From Thermoanaerobaculia bacterium (GTDB lineage Bacteria; Acidobacteriota; Thermoanaerobaculia; UBA5066; Gp7-AA6): DNA of 62,472 nucleotides. Both the position numbers and the translations under genes were made by a program. Positions 61,477 through 62,472 of this stretch are shown here, piece after piece. A model generated the notes under the pieces. The model did no database searches and was not told the DNA's origin. It saw only the letters and a program-made list of their open reading frames with translations. The DNA lies in the NCBI GenBank assembly GCA_041481715.1, contig JBGPCK010000003.1:1-62472 (forward strand). The letters are read 5' to 3'. Within the stretch, counting starts at the first letter, position 1. Every line of letters begins with the position of its first letter.

Positions 61477-62472
61477 TTATGGCCCACCTTCCGGCACGAC
61501 CTCCGCCTCGATCGAGCCGACGATTTCTCCGCGCACGTTGCGGACTGCAGGAAACCGATACCGAGACAGAGCCGCCCGCGCCCGCTCCGAGAGCAGGCCG
61601 ATTCGCTCGAGCAGCGCCAGGGTGACGGCGTCCCGCGGCCGCGAGGATCCATCCTCGATCTTCAGGGTGATCCCGACCGGCCGACCCGCGGTCCCGGCGG
61701 ACCCGCGCACGCCAACGGCATAGACACCCTCGGCTCCCTCTTTTCCGATCCACCGGCCGGAGCCCGCGCGCAGAAAATCGGTCGTGAACCGGCCGCGTCC
61801 GCCCACCATGTCGGGACTCCGGGTCATCGCCTGCACGACCCGGCGCCTCGCGCGAGCGGCCTGACGGCTCTCTCCGGGAACGGCCCGCGCCAGAAGACAC
61901 GCGTATCCCTGGGCCAGGGCCGAGAGTTGCAAGAAGAAGACCGGAAGATTGCACCCGTCAACCGCGATCGGAATCGCCGCGGCGGGCTGTCCGCAGAGGT
62001 CGGAGATGCGCCGCAAGACCTCCCTTTGAATCGGATGCGAGGGTTCCCAATAGCCCTTTGCCGGAAAACCGTAAAGCCGGCAGGCGAGCAGCAGGCCCGC
62101 GTGCTTGCCCGAACAGTTGTTGTGGAGAGCGGTGATCGGTTCGCCCCGGCGCGCGAGCACGCGCGCGGAGGGCTCGTGCATCGGCCAGTGGGCGCCACAG
62201 GCGAGGTCGCGCGGCTGGAAGCCACCCCGAGCGAGCAGCCGGGCCGCGACACGGACGTGGCGCGGCTCCCCGCCGTGCGAGGCGCACATCAGAGCGATAT
62301 CGTCGTTTTTGAGGCGGAAGGCCCGCTCCCCGCCACCCTCGAGCAGCGGCAGCGCCTGGAAAGGCTTTCCCGCCGAGCGGATGAAGACGTGATGGAGAGG
62401 GTCCCCGAGCGCGGCCAGGAGGTGGCCGCGGTCGTCCACGACGGCCGCGACCCCACGGTGCTCGGACTCGAG
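61477..62472 (-). CDS. Asparaginase II family protein (5'-partial, runs off the window)
   Basis: It has SAGKPFQALPLL, MCASHGGE and NNCSGKHAG motifs. The frame stays open to the window end, so the M at 62439 is probably internal. Confidence 0.8.
   Translation of the reverse strand, partial: LESEHRGVAAVVDDRGHLLAALGDPLHHVFIRSAGKPFQALPLLEGGGERAFRLKNDDIALMCASHGGEPRHVRVAARLLARGGFQPRDLACGAHWPMHEPSARVLARRGEPITALHNNCSGKHAGLLLACRLYGFPAKGYWEPSHPIQREVLRRISDLCGQPAAAIPIAVDGCNLPVFFLQLSALAQGYACLLARAVPGESRQAARARRRVVQAMTRSPDMVGGRGRFTTDFLRAGSGRWIGKEGAEGVYAVGVRGSAGTAGRPVGITLKIEDGSSRPRDAVTLALLERIGLLSERARAALSRYRFPAVRNVRGEIVGSIEAEVVPEGGP

Overview
High-GC bacterial chromosomal segment. A hand count gives 46/60 G+C at 1-60, and most of the window looks similar. 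It is densely packed with housekeeping genes, and I support about 55 CDS, one intact tRNA-Leu(CAA) and no rRNA or CRISPR. Conserved blocks are ffh-rpsP-KH-rimM-trmD-rplS-rnhB, then hrcA-grpE-dnaK-dnaJ-prmA-rsmE-ilvE-pilT-recX-alaS, then secA-guaB, rarA and carD. Gene content (MglA-family GTPase, PilT, CarD/CdnL, many TPR proteins, TolC/MacB) fits an Acidobacteriota- or Myxococcota-like lineage, but I cannot confirm that without a database search. Many long ORFs in the supplied track are alternate-frame or antisense shadows typical of high-GC DNA and were discarded. The only clearly accessory stretch is about 55.3-58.6 kb: it has lower GC, a multiply frameshifted membrane glycosyltransferase-like pseudogene, and a tRNA-Leu locus scarred by partial tRNA copies that bracket a small two-ORF cassette. 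Other points worth a second look are listed here.
- A roughly 270-nt, heavily base-paired element lies between dnaK and dnaJ and is closed by a 22-bp inverted repeat that touches the dnaK stop and ends 4 nt from the dnaJ start.
- An MglA-type GTPase carries a roughly 250-aa C-terminal extension and has no adjacent mglB.
- An NtrC-like regulator has a degenerate AAA+ core.
- An OppD/OppF ATPase pair without permeases sits in a TPR-TolC-Yip1-MacB cluster.
- A dispersed 7-nt-period repeat (GTTCACG-like) occurs in several intergenic regions.
I found no complete, recognisable novel multi-gene system. The candidates below are hypotheses that need searches.
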